DNA from: Candidatus Latescibacterota bacterium
Lineage (GTDB): Bacteria; Latescibacterota; UBA2968
Length of the DNA: 64,000 bases
NCBI GenBank assembly: GCA_965207885.1
Contig: OZ242311.1
Coordinates: 1,376,001-1,440,000 of the forward strand
Reading direction: 5' to 3'
Position 1 is the stretch's first letter; the number at the start of each line of letters is the position of its first letter. Shown piece after piece: positions 1 to 10,500 of the stretch. Made by a program: the position numbers and the translations under genes. The notes under the pieces are model-generated. The model did not search any database and was not told where the DNA came from. It saw nothing but the letters and a program-made list of their open reading frames with translations.

Positions 1-1
1 C

Positions 2-1939
2 AAGCTGGACGACCTGGTAAATCAATTTGCCGCGAAAGTCGAATCGCGCGGGGCAAAGGTCTTCCTCGCAAAAGACGGTGCTGCTGCGATTGACTACATC
101 TTAAAGCTATCAGCAGAGAAAAACGCCGAGACCGTGGCAAAATCAAAATCGCTAACAAGCGAAGAAATCGAAGTCAATCACCCGATGGAAGACGCGGGCT
201 TAGAAGTAATTGAGACCGACCTTGGCGAGCTTATTATTCAAAAAGTCCACGAAAAACCATTCCATCTGGTATTTCCCGCTGTCCATAAAACCGCAGTTGA
301 AGTAGCCGAAATATTTAAAAAAGAAACAGGTGAGGACGTCCCCAACGATGTGGATGCAATCATGAGAATCGTGCGCAAATACCTGCGACCAATTTTTCTC
401 AACGCCGACATCGGCATGACAGGCGCAAATGTAGGCGTAGCCGAATCGGGCACAATCCTGATCGAGACCAACGAAGGCAATGCCCGTCTGGTATCGAGCA
501 TACCCGATGTACACATCTGCATTATGGGACGCGAAAAAGTAGTGGAAACAGTAGAAGATGCGCTGCAAATGATGCTGGCACATCCGGTCAGCGCTGTCGG
601 TCAACACACGACAACCTATGTAACGTGGATGAGTGGGAGATCACCTCTGGGGCAGGGCGAGGGACGCGCACCGCGAGAATCGCATATCATCATCCTGGAC
701 AATGGTCGCACCAGGATGCAAGAAGACCCCCTATTCTCGGACGCACTCAACTGCATCCGCTGCGGTGCCTGCATGAATATCTGCCCGACATACGGCGTAG
801 TCGGCGGCCATGCATTTGGATACATATACCCCGGACCGATTGGCATACCCTGGACAGCTGAAGTCCACGGCGTGGATAAAGCCGGCGACTTCGCGCCACT
901 GTGTATCTCGTGTGGATTGTGCAAAGAAATATGCCCCGCAGAAATCGACATCCCAATGATGATAGCCGGAGTAAAAGACCGCGACAGCGAAGCCAATCCG
1001 CATCCGCGCGTCAACAAAATGCTGATGGCCGCTGAAAAAGCCGCAAAAATGAGCAGCTTGACAGCACCCATATCCAATTGGATGATGGACATTGGACTAG
1101 TGCGATGGGCAATGGAAAAAGTGATGGGCATTGATCGGCGACGCCAGCTACCCAAATTCAGCCGAAAAACACTCGTAAAACGCTTCGCAAAACGCGGGCC
1201 TTCTCCCGTATCGAACCCCGTTCGCAAAGTGGCCTTTTTTACAGATCTGTTTGCCAATTACAACGACCCCGACCTGGGAATGGCGGCAATTGAACGCCTG
1301 GAAGCACTCGGTTGCGAAGTCATCATCCCCCCGCAAAAAAGCAGCGGATACCCCTATATCGGCTACGGCGACCTGAAAAACGCGAAAAAAATTGCACGCG
1401 AAAACGTGGATCTCCTCCTCCCCTATATACAGCAGGGCTATGAGGTCGTTGCAACAGAACCCACAGCAACGTATTGCCTGAAAATTTCATACCCCAAATT
1501 ACTCGAAAAAGCAGACGACGCCGTCTCTGTCGCCGAGCACACGTATGAGTTTTTCGAGTTCATCTCTCTACTCGAAAGCAATATTTCAGATGAAGAGCAA
1601 AATACTCTACGAGGACGCGCATTTGGATTCCACATCCCCTGCCACCAGCGTCCTCTGGGATCAGGGGAACACGCAATGGCATTCTTGCGCCAGCGCGGTG
1701 CAAACGTCGCCCTCATAGAAACGGGCACCTGCTGTGGTATGGCGGGAACATTTGGCCTGAAAGCCGGACCACTCGGTTACGAACTCGCACAGGCTGTTGG
1801 AGAACCGCTCTTCGAAGGCTTCCGCGAAGCCAATATAGAAGCCATCGTAACAGAAAGCAGCGTGTGCGCCATCCACCTGTCAGAAGGAACCGAACTCGAA
1901 GTCTGGCATCCCTTAAACCTGCTTCGCCTCCTGGAATAG
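2..1939 (+). CDS. lutB: LutB-like lactate utilization protein (LUD domain, two 4Fe-4S motifs, C-terminal CCG domains); 5' end outside the window
   Basis: Frame is open from position 2 (KLDDLVNQF...VAKSKS). Contains ETDLGE, TNEGN, CIRCGACMNICP, CISCGLCKEICP and CCGMAGTFG motifs. Confidence 0.8.
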   Translation, partial: KLDDLVNQFAAKVESRGAKVFLAKDGAAAIDYILKLSAEKNAETVAKSKSLTSEEIEVNHPMEDAGLEVIETDLGELIIQKVHEKPFHLVFPAVHKTAVEVAEIFKKETGEDVPNDVDAIMRIVRKYLRPIFLNADIGMTGANVGVAESGTILIETNEGNARLVSSIPDVHICIMGREKVVETVEDALQMMLAHPVSAVGQHTTTYVTWMSGRSPLGQGEGRAPRESHIIILDNGRTRMQEDPLFSDALNCIRCGACMNICPTYGVVGGHAFGYIYPGPIGIPWTAEVHGVDKAGDFAPLCISCGLCKEICPAEIDIPMMIAGVKDRDSEANPHPRVNKMLMAAEKAAKMSSLTAPISNWMMDIGLVRWAMEKVMGIDRRRQLPKFSRKTLVKRFAKRGPSPVSNPVRKVAFFTDLFANYNDPDLGMAAIERLEALGCEVIIPPQKSSGYPYIGYGDLKNAKKIARENVDLLLPYIQQGYEVVATEPTATYCLKISYPKLLEKADDAVSVAEHTYEFFEFISLLESNISDEEQNTLRGRAFGFHIPCHQRPLGSGEHAMAFLRQRGANVALIETGTCCGMAGTFGLKAGPLGYELAQAVGEPLFEGFREANIEAIVTESSVCAIHLSEGTELEVWHPLNLLRLLE

Positions 1940-1981
1940 AGCACATCCTGTCCTCAAAATGAAGACAGTTTCAAAAATAAC

Positions 1982-2018
1982 TTGCATTTTAACAGAAGTG
2001 TATTATATTAGTAATACA
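1982..2018 (+). promoter_or_regulatory. sigma70-like promoter overlapped by an inverted-repeat operator (YtrA/GntR type)
   Basis: TTGCAT (1982-1987) with TATATT 16 nt downstream (2004-2009); perfect 7-bp inverted repeat TGTATTA-N6-TAATACA at 1999-2018, directly before the GntR gene. Confidence 0.6.
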
Positions 2019-2045
2019 GTAATTCACCTATTGAGAGAATACCTC

Positions 2046-2441
2046 ATGTTGATCTCGATTGACCACCATAATGGCATACCCGTTTTTCGCCAGATTATCG
2101 ACCAGGTAAAATTCCACGTAGTCAGCGGGCTACTCGCGCCGGGTGACGAATTGCCCTCGACCCGCGCATTATCGGGACAACTGGGACTCAACCCAATGAC
2201 AGTAAGCAAGGCATACAGCCTGTTAGAAGCAGAGGGATTGGTCGAGCGGCGACGTGGACGACCCTTAACTATAAAACCCTTAAAAGATCAGATCGTACAC
2301 GCCGAAAAACTGGCACAACTCAAACCACAACTCACGCAATTGGCAACAATGGTTCGGCAGTTGGGGGTTGATCGGACGGAAGTCGTAGATCTTTTCCACT
2401 CCATCTTAGATACTCTGGAGGAAGACAATCATGACACATGA
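2046..2441 (+). CDS. GntR-family (YtrA subfamily) transcriptional regulator
   Basis: PVFRQII...GLLAPGDELPSTRALSGQLGLNPMTVSKAYSLLEAEG winged-HTH with a short C-terminus; precedes ABC genes. Start moved to ATG 2046. Confidence 0.9.
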   Translation: MLISIDHHNGIPVFRQIIDQVKFHVVSGLLAPGDELPSTRALSGQLGLNPMTVSKAYSLLEAEGLVERRRGRPLTIKPLKDQIVHAEKLAQLKPQLTQLATMVRQLGVDRTEVVDLFHSILDTLEEDNHDT

Positions 2442-3321
2442 CCAGACATCTGTATTTGAAGCCACATCACTGACCAAAAAATTCGGTAACACCACAGCGC
2501 TCAACTCCGTAACGCTCTCTCTTGGGGCGCATCGCGTAATTGGATTGATCGGACGCAATGGCGGGGGCAAAACCACCTTAATTCAGCACATGATCGGCCT
2601 GTATTTGCCCACAGAGGGCACGTGTAAAACACTGGGACGTGCATGCGATCAATTGGGAGCAAACGAACTTTCGCGCATAGGCGTGGTACACCAGGAAAAC
2701 CGCTTTTTTGAATGGATGACCGTCGAACAGCATCTGCGCTACGTATCCTCATTTTACGAAACATGGGACCGCGACCTGGAAGCGCATCTGTTGCGCGAAC
2801 TCGAACTGGAAACCTCCGCGCGCGTGGGCAACCTATCTTCGGGTAACATGCAAAAACTGGGAATCATTCTGGCAGTGTGTCATCATCCCGAGCTATTGAT
2901 CTTAGATGAGCCAGTCAGTGGCCTGGACCCCATTGCCCGCGAGACACTGTTGAAATTTCTAATGACACTTCTGGCTGAAGATGAAAACACAATCGTGATC
3001 TCCTCCCATATTCTGCGGGACATCGAAAAAATAGTAGATTGGGTCGTATGCCTCGACGAAGGGACAATCAAAGCCGACAAATCACTGGACGACCTGCACC
3101 AGACTTATGCAAAGTGGACAGTCACAGGAAACAATCTACCCCAGCAATTTTCTGAACCTTATATCCTATCACAAACAGTGAACGGAGTACAGGCACAATT
3201 AATAGTCAATCAGACCCTGGGCAATGCAGATCAATTCAAGCGGACTTATCAGGCTAATATCACCAGTCAGTCCCTGAACCTCGACCAGCTATTTCCCATC
3301 CTGATTCGGGAGGGCGCATAA
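2431..3321 (+). CDS. ABC transporter ATP-binding protein (YtrB-like)
   Basis: Walker A GRNGGGKT, signature LSSGN, Walker B LLILDEP, SSH switch. Confidence 0.92.
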   Translation: MTHDQTSVFEATSLTKKFGNTTALNSVTLSLGAHRVIGLIGRNGGGKTTLIQHMIGLYLPTEGTCKTLGRACDQLGANELSRIGVVHQENRFFEWMTVEQHLRYVSSFYETWDRDLEAHLLRELELETSARVGNLSSGNMQKLGIILAVCHHPELLILDEPVSGLDPIARETLLKFLMTLLAEDENTIVISSHILRDIEKIVDWVVCLDEGTIKADKSLDDLHQTYAKWTVTGNNLPQQFSEPYILSQTVNGVQAQLIVNQTLGNADQFKRTYQANITSQSLNLDQLFPILIREGA

Positions 3322-4787
3322 TGGGTATTCTTCCATTTTTCACATTTTGGCGAAGCCCTGTTTACATTATCATCGCCTCTTGTGTAGGCTGGTTTCTCTT
3401 CCAAAACGCGTTGGCTTCCCACGCACATCGGTTCTCTGTATTCTTTTTATTTTTCTTTATTGAACTTTACGGTGGAATTATCGGCGATATTGTAGGAGAG
3501 AACCAGCATCGGATGCTCACCTGGACCCTACCACATTTTCGCAAGCGTCTGATGATCTGGTCAATAATTGTCGGACTATTTTCCGTTGTAGCGTGGACGA
3601 TTGTGCTGACTTATGCACCCCTCAATGCGTCCTGGTCAACGATTTTGCTCCTGAATATGTGCCTCTATTGTTTGGGATTTACCCTTTTTGGGGGGTGGAG
3701 TTTAGATACTAATCGCCCCGGGTTGATTTACAAGTGTCGAGCCCCCCTCTCATTGCTGGTGTTGGCATTAGCCTATTTGTGGCAAGAGGTGCTCGCTTTT
3801 GGAGAGCAACAAAAGTTGGGATTGGCTCTCATCGCATTCGCCATCACAATTGGAACTCATTATTTCGCCTTTAACCAGACAGCTTTTCGCAGTAGGCCAT
3901 TTTCTTTTTTCGTTGGTTCATTCTACTCGGGTTTTGATCCTCAAACCCGGGAGATTCAAAAGAATGCAATGAAGATGCGAAAGACGAGTACCAGGGTATG
4001 GCATCTCGATCACATCGGTACAGGCATCTACAATTGGCTGCGTGCCGGTCAGTATGAAAATTCTGGTCTGGGCGGGTGGAGATGGCCACTTTCCGCGCTC
4101 AGCGCAGCATTGGTAATGGTATTCATTTTTTTTAGCATGGAGACGAATTTCTTAGGATTGTTGGGTCAATCTCCCTACGATTTTGAGACCGTCTCGAAAA
4201 TGATTTATCACCTGATCTTTTATTTTAACCAGTTAGATCCTAAGATCGCCATTAATATATCGTTTTCTGTGTGCTTCGGCATTTATATGTTTATTTTTTT
4301 CCCTGCCTTTTTCTTAAAAAGAGGGTATGTCTATCCGCTTTCTCGCACCCAGCGGATGCGGATTCAGTATTGCGGTTTGCTGGTGCAAAATATTTCTTTT
4401 ATTGCCGCATCTATTCTGGTGTTGGGCGTTCTGGGCATCCTATCTGGAGCAAAGGTTGGGTTTGTGTCTGAAGGAAATATTTCTCTGGGAATACTTCGCG
4501 TTTTTGGATGGGCAGTGGTTCTGATACCGATATTTCAGTGGTTGCAAGTCAAATATGACCTGTATGAATTTCAAAGAATGCGGGGATATCGGTGGAGGTT
4601 CGCTCTTGGGTTACTGCTCATGATTTTGGGTATTGGAATCGGTAGTTTTACCAGTCTGATGCGTATCTGGTATCCCGACCTAGCACTGACCTATGAAGCG
4701 CCGGTTCTTTTGGTCTGTTTTATTCTTTTGCAATGGTTCCTGTTGGCCCGGCTCAAACGGTATTATGCCACACAGGACCTAATTTAG
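3321..4787 (+). CDS. Polytopic membrane protein, probable ABC permease (copy 1)
   Basis: Many hydrophobic segments; TAATG stop/start overlap with the ATPase gene; paralogous to 5764..7248. Confidence 0.75.
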   Translation: MGILPFFTFWRSPVYIIIASCVGWFLFQNALASHAHRFSVFFLFFFIELYGGIIGDIVGENQHRMLTWTLPHFRKRLMIWSIIVGLFSVVAWTIVLTYAPLNASWSTILLLNMCLYCLGFTLFGGWSLDTNRPGLIYKCRAPLSLLVLALAYLWQEVLAFGEQQKLGLALIAFAITIGTHYFAFNQTAFRSRPFSFFVGSFYSGFDPQTREIQKNAMKMRKTSTRVWHLDHIGTGIYNWLRAGQYENSGLGGWRWPLSALSAALVMVFIFFSMETNFLGLLGQSPYDFETVSKMIYHLIFYFNQLDPKIAINISFSVCFGIYMFIFFPAFFLKRGYVYPLSRTQRMRIQYCGLLVQNISFIAASILVLGVLGILSGAKVGFVSEGNISLGILRVFGWAVVLIPIFQWLQVKYDLYEFQRMRGYRWRFALGLLLMILGIGIGSFTSLMRIWYPDLALTYEAPVLLVCFILLQWFLLARLKRYYATQDLI

Positions 4788-4815
4788 ATTTAACCTTATC
4801 AACAAGGAAGAAGAG

Positions 4816-5654
4816 ATGACGTATCCAAATCTAAAGCAGTCTATTTGGCTGCTGGTATTATTGGTCCTGATTAGCGCAGGTTTGGGGATACCGGTTGCGA
4901 TCCTGGGAACGATTATTGACCAGCCGTTACACAAAAGTCCTTATGCTATCTGGCCAGTGACACTGGTGAGTTTTGTTTTGGTCGTACACTATGTTTTGCG
5001 TCGAACCGATCGAACCTGGGCTTCGTGGTCTGATATCATGCCCATAAAAGCCATTTCGTGGCAATTGCTACTGCCACTTGTGGTATCTATCCTTGGATTG
5101 CTGATCGTCTCTCTGGAATTGGGAAAAGTGATGATGTCTTTGGCCCCAACGCCGAGGGGGTGAAGGATACACTCCGTGGGTTGGTCGGCAAAAAAACCTC
5201 TTATTGGTTGGCCTTTTACGGCGCGGTGATTCAAACACCTATCATAGAAGAGGCACTTTTTAGAGGCATTATTGTAGGTGGTTTATTGGCGTATTGGTCA
5301 AAGTATCAGGCCGCAATTTGGTCGGCAATTTTGTTTGGCATATATCACTTGAACCCCGCGCAATTTCCCGTAGCCTTCATATTGGGGCTTGTATTCGCAT
5401 GGTGGATTATTCAAACGAGATCTTTATTACCTTGTATCCTGGGACACGCATTGAACAATTTTCTGGCTATTACATTAGCACGGTCGGGAATACCGGGCTT
5501 TAAAAATCCAAAGGCTCTGATCTTTCTGCCGTGGTGGGTGGTCGTGTGTGCCGTACTATTGGCCGCGATTGGGTTATGGTGGTTTTATCAAATAGCAAAA
5601 CGCGAAGAAACAGAACATCTTGAAGCGGAAGTTGAACCCGAGAGACATTGTTGA
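4816..5654 (+). pseudogene. CAAX/CPBP (Abi-family) intramembrane metalloprotease, split by a frameshift near 5152-5160
   Basis: N-terminal TM part is in 4816..5163; catalytic EEALFRG, FGIYH and HALNN motifs are in the other frame (to 5654). One extra base at ccgaggggg joins them. Confidence 0.75.
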
Positions 5655-5763
5655 AATTTCTAATGACACTTTTGACCGAGGACGAAAACACAACCGTGAT
5701 TTCGTCACATCATGCACTAAACCTCGACCAGCTATTTCCCATCCTGATACGGGAGGGCGCATA
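5637..5763 (+). repeat. Degenerate, internally deleted copy of the 3' part of the ABC ATPase gene
   Basis: 5637-5710 resembles 2936-3009 (gagacattgttgaaatttctaatgacactt...); 5717-5766 resembles 3274-3323 (aacctcgaccagctatttcccatcctgat..gggagggcgcataatg). Confidence 0.85.
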
Positions 5764-7248
5764 ATGGGTGTTCTGTCGTTTTTCACATTTTTGCGAAGCC
5801 CTGTTCACATTATCATCGCATTTTTTGCATGCCTGTTACTCGCTCATGTCTCCTGGACTGCCGACAGAGATCAGTTCTTTGTGTTTCTCGTATTTCTGCT
5901 ATTCTTCTTTAGTGGATTTTGGGGCTATGCTATCGGAGGTATTGTAGCAGAGAACCAGCATCGGAAGCTCACATGGACCCTGCCGCATTTTCGCAATCGT
6001 CTGATGATCTGGTCGATAATTGTCGGACTGTTTTCCGTAGTGGCGTGGACGATTATGCTGACATTCGCCCCCCTCAATGCGTCCTGGTCAACAATCTTGC
6101 TAATAAACTTGGGCTTTTATTGTTTCGGATTTGTCTGTACAGCGGGTTGGGATTTTGGTGTTTATCATTCTCTGTTGATCCAGGCATGTCAGACCATATT
6201 AATTTTTTTATTTCTCATATTGGCTTTTTTTTGGCAAGAGGTACTCGCTTTTGGAGAGCAACAAAAATTGGGGTTGGCTCTCATCGCATTCGCCATCACA
6301 ATTGCGGCTTATTATTTTTCGTTTAAGCAGACAACTTTTCGGAGAAAGCCTCTTTCCTTGTTATGGTCACTGCACTCGGTTTTTTATCCTCATATCTGGG
6401 AGATGTGGAAAAGGGATGCAATGAAGAGGCGAAAGCCGAGTACCAGGGTATGGCATCTCGATTACATCGGTACAGGCATCTTCAATTGGCTACGTGCGAG
6501 CCGATATGAAAATAGTGGTGGCACGCTATGGCTATGGCTGCTTCCCGGGTTTAGCGCAGTATTGGCAATGGCGTTCTATTCCATTGGCATGATGACGAAT
6601 GGATTCGGGATATTGGATCGGTCTCCCTACGATTTTGAGACTGTATTGATAACGATTTATCACATGATTTTTTATTTCGACCGGTTGGCCCCCAAGATCG
6701 CCATCAATATATCTCTTTCAGCGTTTTTCGGCATTTGGATATATACGGTGTATGTTTGGAGTCATCCTTTTTTCTTAAAAAGAGGGTATGTTTATCCGCT
6801 TTCTCGCACCCAGCGGATGTGGATTCGGTATTGTGGTTTTCTGGTGCAAAATATTTCTTTTTTTATAGTATCTATTCTGGTGTTGGGCGTTCTGGGCATA
6901 CTGGCAGGGGCAAAGGTCGGGTTTATGCATGAAGGGGATATTTCCTTGAGAATACTTTGTGTCTTTGGGTGGACAGTGGTTCTTTGGCCGATGTTTCAGT
7001 GGTTGCAAGTCAAATATCACCTGTATGAATTTCCAAGAACGCGGCGACAAGTATGGGGGATGGCTTTTCTGTTCTTGATCATGATTTTGGCTTGTGGAAT
7101 CGCTGGTTTTGCTGCTCTGATGCGTAATCTGCATCCCGACCTGGCACTGACCTATGAAGCGCCGATCCTTTTCGTCTCTTTTCTTCTCTTGCAATGGCTC
7201 CTATTGTCTCGGCTCAAACGGTATTACGCCACACAGGATCTGATTTAG
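5764..7248 (+). CDS. Polytopic membrane protein, probable ABC permease (copy 2)
   Basis: Shares blocks with copy 1 (ENQHR.LTWTLPHFR, FFLKRGYVYPLSRTQRM, RLKRYYATQDLI). Start ATG 5764 is in the same gggagggcgcataATG context. Confidence 0.8.
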   Translation: MGVLSFFTFLRSPVHIIIAFFACLLLAHVSWTADRDQFFVFLVFLLFFFSGFWGYAIGGIVAENQHRKLTWTLPHFRNRLMIWSIIVGLFSVVAWTIMLTFAPLNASWSTILLINLGFYCFGFVCTAGWDFGVYHSLLIQACQTILIFLFLILAFFWQEVLAFGEQQKLGLALIAFAITIAAYYFSFKQTTFRRKPLSLLWSLHSVFYPHIWEMWKRDAMKRRKPSTRVWHLDYIGTGIFNWLRASRYENSGGTLWLWLLPGFSAVLAMAFYSIGMMTNGFGILDRSPYDFETVLITIYHMIFYFDRLAPKIAINISLSAFFGIWIYTVYVWSHPFFLKRGYVYPLSRTQRMWIRYCGFLVQNISFFIVSILVLGVLGILAGAKVGFMHEGDISLRILCVFGWTVVLWPMFQWLQVKYHLYEFPRTRRQVWGMAFLFLIMILACGIAGFAALMRNLHPDLALTYEAPILFVSFLLLQWLLLSRLKRYYATQDLI

Positions 7249-7512
7249 ATTAAGTAGATTGATAAATCAAGTCGGATGGTGTAGTGATTGCGATGCGTTC
7301 AACTCAAATCTCGTAGAACAAAAAGCATAATTCTTGTATAATTATGCATATATGCATTTGTTTTCTCATAGGTTTTTTAATTTTTTATACACGGTGATAG
7401 CATTTAATAACTTGCAGCGTGCCGCCAGGGTTACGACAATAAGAGACACGAAGTATTGGCGTATCCATTATTTTGCACACGTATGTATTCCTATACCTGA
7501 AAAATAACGTGT

Positions 7513-10500
7513 ATGTTTGAAAACGGAACGATTCTCGACAACAAATACCAAATCCAAGCGCACCTGGGAACCGGGGGCATGGGCGAAGTCTATCGGGTGT
7601 TAGACCTGGAGCAAGGCCAGGAGTGCGCGCTCAAAATTTTGAATACCATGGTGGATCAGAAGGCTGTGTACCGCCGTTTTCACAGAGAATTTCAAGTATT
7701 GAACAGATTTCAGCACCCGCGCCTGGTGCGCACATACACCTGGGGCTTTGCCGAGGAGCGTCCCTATTTTACAATGGAATATTTGCCCGGAAAGACATTG
7801 GAAAAAATAATTGCCGATCGTACACATTCAGGGCAATTCCGGACGTCTCACTTTTTCGATTTGATACAACAAATTGCTGAAGGGTTGGCTTATATCCACG
7901 CGCAGGGTGCGGTGCACCGCGATCTCAAACCATCCAATATTATGGTTTTGAAAACAGAAAAGGGGATTGAGACCACGATCCTGGATATGGGACTGGCAAA
8001 ACTCAGGCATCTGCATAGCGTTTCCATTACGCAGACGGGCACAGCCATTGGCACGGCAGAATATATGTCGCCAGAGCAGGGTAAGGGCTTGTGGGTGGAC
8101 CATCGGTCAGATCTATACTCATTGGGCATAATTTTATACGAGATGCTCACGGGCGCACCGCCATTTTCTGGACAAAATCCAATATCCGTTATTATGAAGC
8201 ATATTCGAGAGTCACCGCCACCAATAGGTGAAGCCCATGTCGAGATTCCTACCCAGACGCAAGAAATTGTGCTGAGGTTGCTGGCAAAGGAACCTGTTGA
8301 TCGTTATCAGTCAGCAGAGGAATTGTTGCAGACCTTAAATGATGTGGCACCATTGAAGTTTGTGCTATCCGATGACGAGCAGCGCGATGTGCATAGAAAA
8401 GTGATGCGGCCGCAATTTATCGGGCGCGAATCCGAGATGAAGATGTTGCGCACGATGTTGCAGGATGTACAGGCTGGCGAGCAACGTGTGGTTCTGATCT
8501 CCGGTGAGTCTGGTGTGGGAAAAACGAGACTTATTGAGGAACTATTGGGCGATGCTTTGATCCATGATTTTCTGTGTTTGAAAGGGGCGAGCCAGGAAGA
8601 AGGTGGACAAATATACGGTGCGTTGATTGATGCTTTTCAAGGGAAGGTGGATTTGGTGGCAGAGTTACCCGACCCTGCAGAATCGGACAAGTTTTCTGTT
8701 ATGGAGCGTTGGTTGCAATTATTAAAACGTCTGCGACAGAAACAGCCCATTGTGTTGTGTTTGGAAGATATTCAATGGCTTGATGAATTGACCCTGGAAT
8801 TTTTGCAGTATGTATTGCGCGATCCAGAACCCTGCCCATTTTTGTTATACCTGACCTGTCGATGGTCTAACCTGGAACCCCTTCCAAAGGAAATTGAAAA
8901 ATTTATACACAGCAATGAACTTGCTAAGGCGACCCGGATCCAGTTGGAAAATCTACCCCGTGAAGAGGTGGGATATTTAGCGGCGTCCATGTTGGGTGAA
9001 ATATCCATACCACGAGATGCATTACAATCCCTATTCAGAGAAACAGGTGGACAACCCCTGTTTGTGGTGGAGGCTGTGAGGGCACTGGTGAGTGCCGATG
9101 TGGTTCGACAGAATGTGTCTGGCGATTGGCAGTGGGGAGAATTTCCAGAAACTTTGTTATCCAATGATTTTTCAGAGATTTTGTACAGACGTATAGCTAC
9201 TCTGCCTGCGGTACAACAGCGAGTGCTGGAATACGCGTGTGTTTTTCTGAGTGATTTTCCTTTTGAATTATTGGCTGCGGTTTGGCGCAGCGATGAGTTA
9301 GAATTGCTGGATGTACTGGACGAATTGATTGCAGAAGGGCTTTTGACAGCTTGTGGAGAGGATGAAGATCAATATCGATTTTCGCAGGAATTGTGTCGGC
9401 GGGCAATTTATGATCGCATGCAATATGTAAGACGGCGCCTATTACACCGAGAAATTGGCAATGCTTTGGAAAAGACGGAAGATGCAGAAGAACTGACGGA
9501 AGAATTGGCGGATCATTTTGCGGCGGCGGAAGAACGAGATAAAGCTATAAAATATATGCGCCTATCAGGCAAAAAAGCATTGGAAAAACACGCTTATCGC
9601 CAGGCAAGAATGCGGTTTGAGAGTGTCCGAAAGTGGACACCAGATGACGCTTTTGAATCACCTGCAGATACGATCATTTTTTTATGCGATTACGCAAACG
9701 TTTTACGTTGCTGTAGTCAGCACAATAGCGCACTGAAACTTTTAGACGAGGCAAAGGCGTTATTGCCTGCTGATCGCAAAGATTTAAAGGCGCGTATTTT
9801 AAATGACTTGGGTGAGATTCGTAGCGTAACTCATCATGGAGAAATTGCCGAAGAATATATGCTGAAGGCATTACAACTTTATCGTGAACTTGGTGATCTC
9901 GATGGGGAAATTCAGGCATTGGGAATTTTGGCTTATTTGTGCGACGTTTCTGGCCGGCACGAAGAAGCGATTGCATATATGCGTCGAGAAATAGAGAAAC
10001 GTCGTGTGCTGGAAGATCCGCAACAGAACACTTTTATACAAGGGCGGGAAGGTCAAGCTGCATTAATGGGATTTCGATTTGAGATAGCTAAGGGGTACTT
10101 GGAAACTGCTGTAAAGGCCTTTAAGCAACCTGGTCTGGAGCACCATCGCCTTTGGGCACTTAACTTGCTTCCAAGAGTGTATTTTTTTCTGGGTAATCTC
10201 AACCGGGCGGAAGCCATTTGCTATAAAGTCATTGGTGAGTGGCAGAAGCGAGGCGTTGTGTACTCGGAGGCAGTGAATCTTCTCTGGTTGGGAGAATTGG
10301 CACTGGAACGCGGTGATTTTGTCGAGGCATTGGAATATGCCGAGATCTCGATAGAGCGATTTTTGCAAACACCGCGAAAAGATTATGTCTATCGCGCTTA
10401 TGCGATTGCGGCAACGGCTACCGCGGGAATGGAAGATACAGAAGCAGCACTCGAATGGGGAGAAAAAGCCAGTGAAGGTGTACAGCAAACATCGAGCATG

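Noticed and set aside
5620-5763. N-terminal extension of permease copy 2 in the ORF track
   Set aside because: It is the out-of-frame ATPase relic; alignment with copy 1 puts the start at 5764.
7325-7357. Overlapping palindromes (GCATAATT...AATTATGC, ATGCATATATGCAT) upstream of the kinase-activator
   Set aside because: They share TATGCA with the enhancer boxes but are short and in AT-rich DNA; too weak to call an operator.
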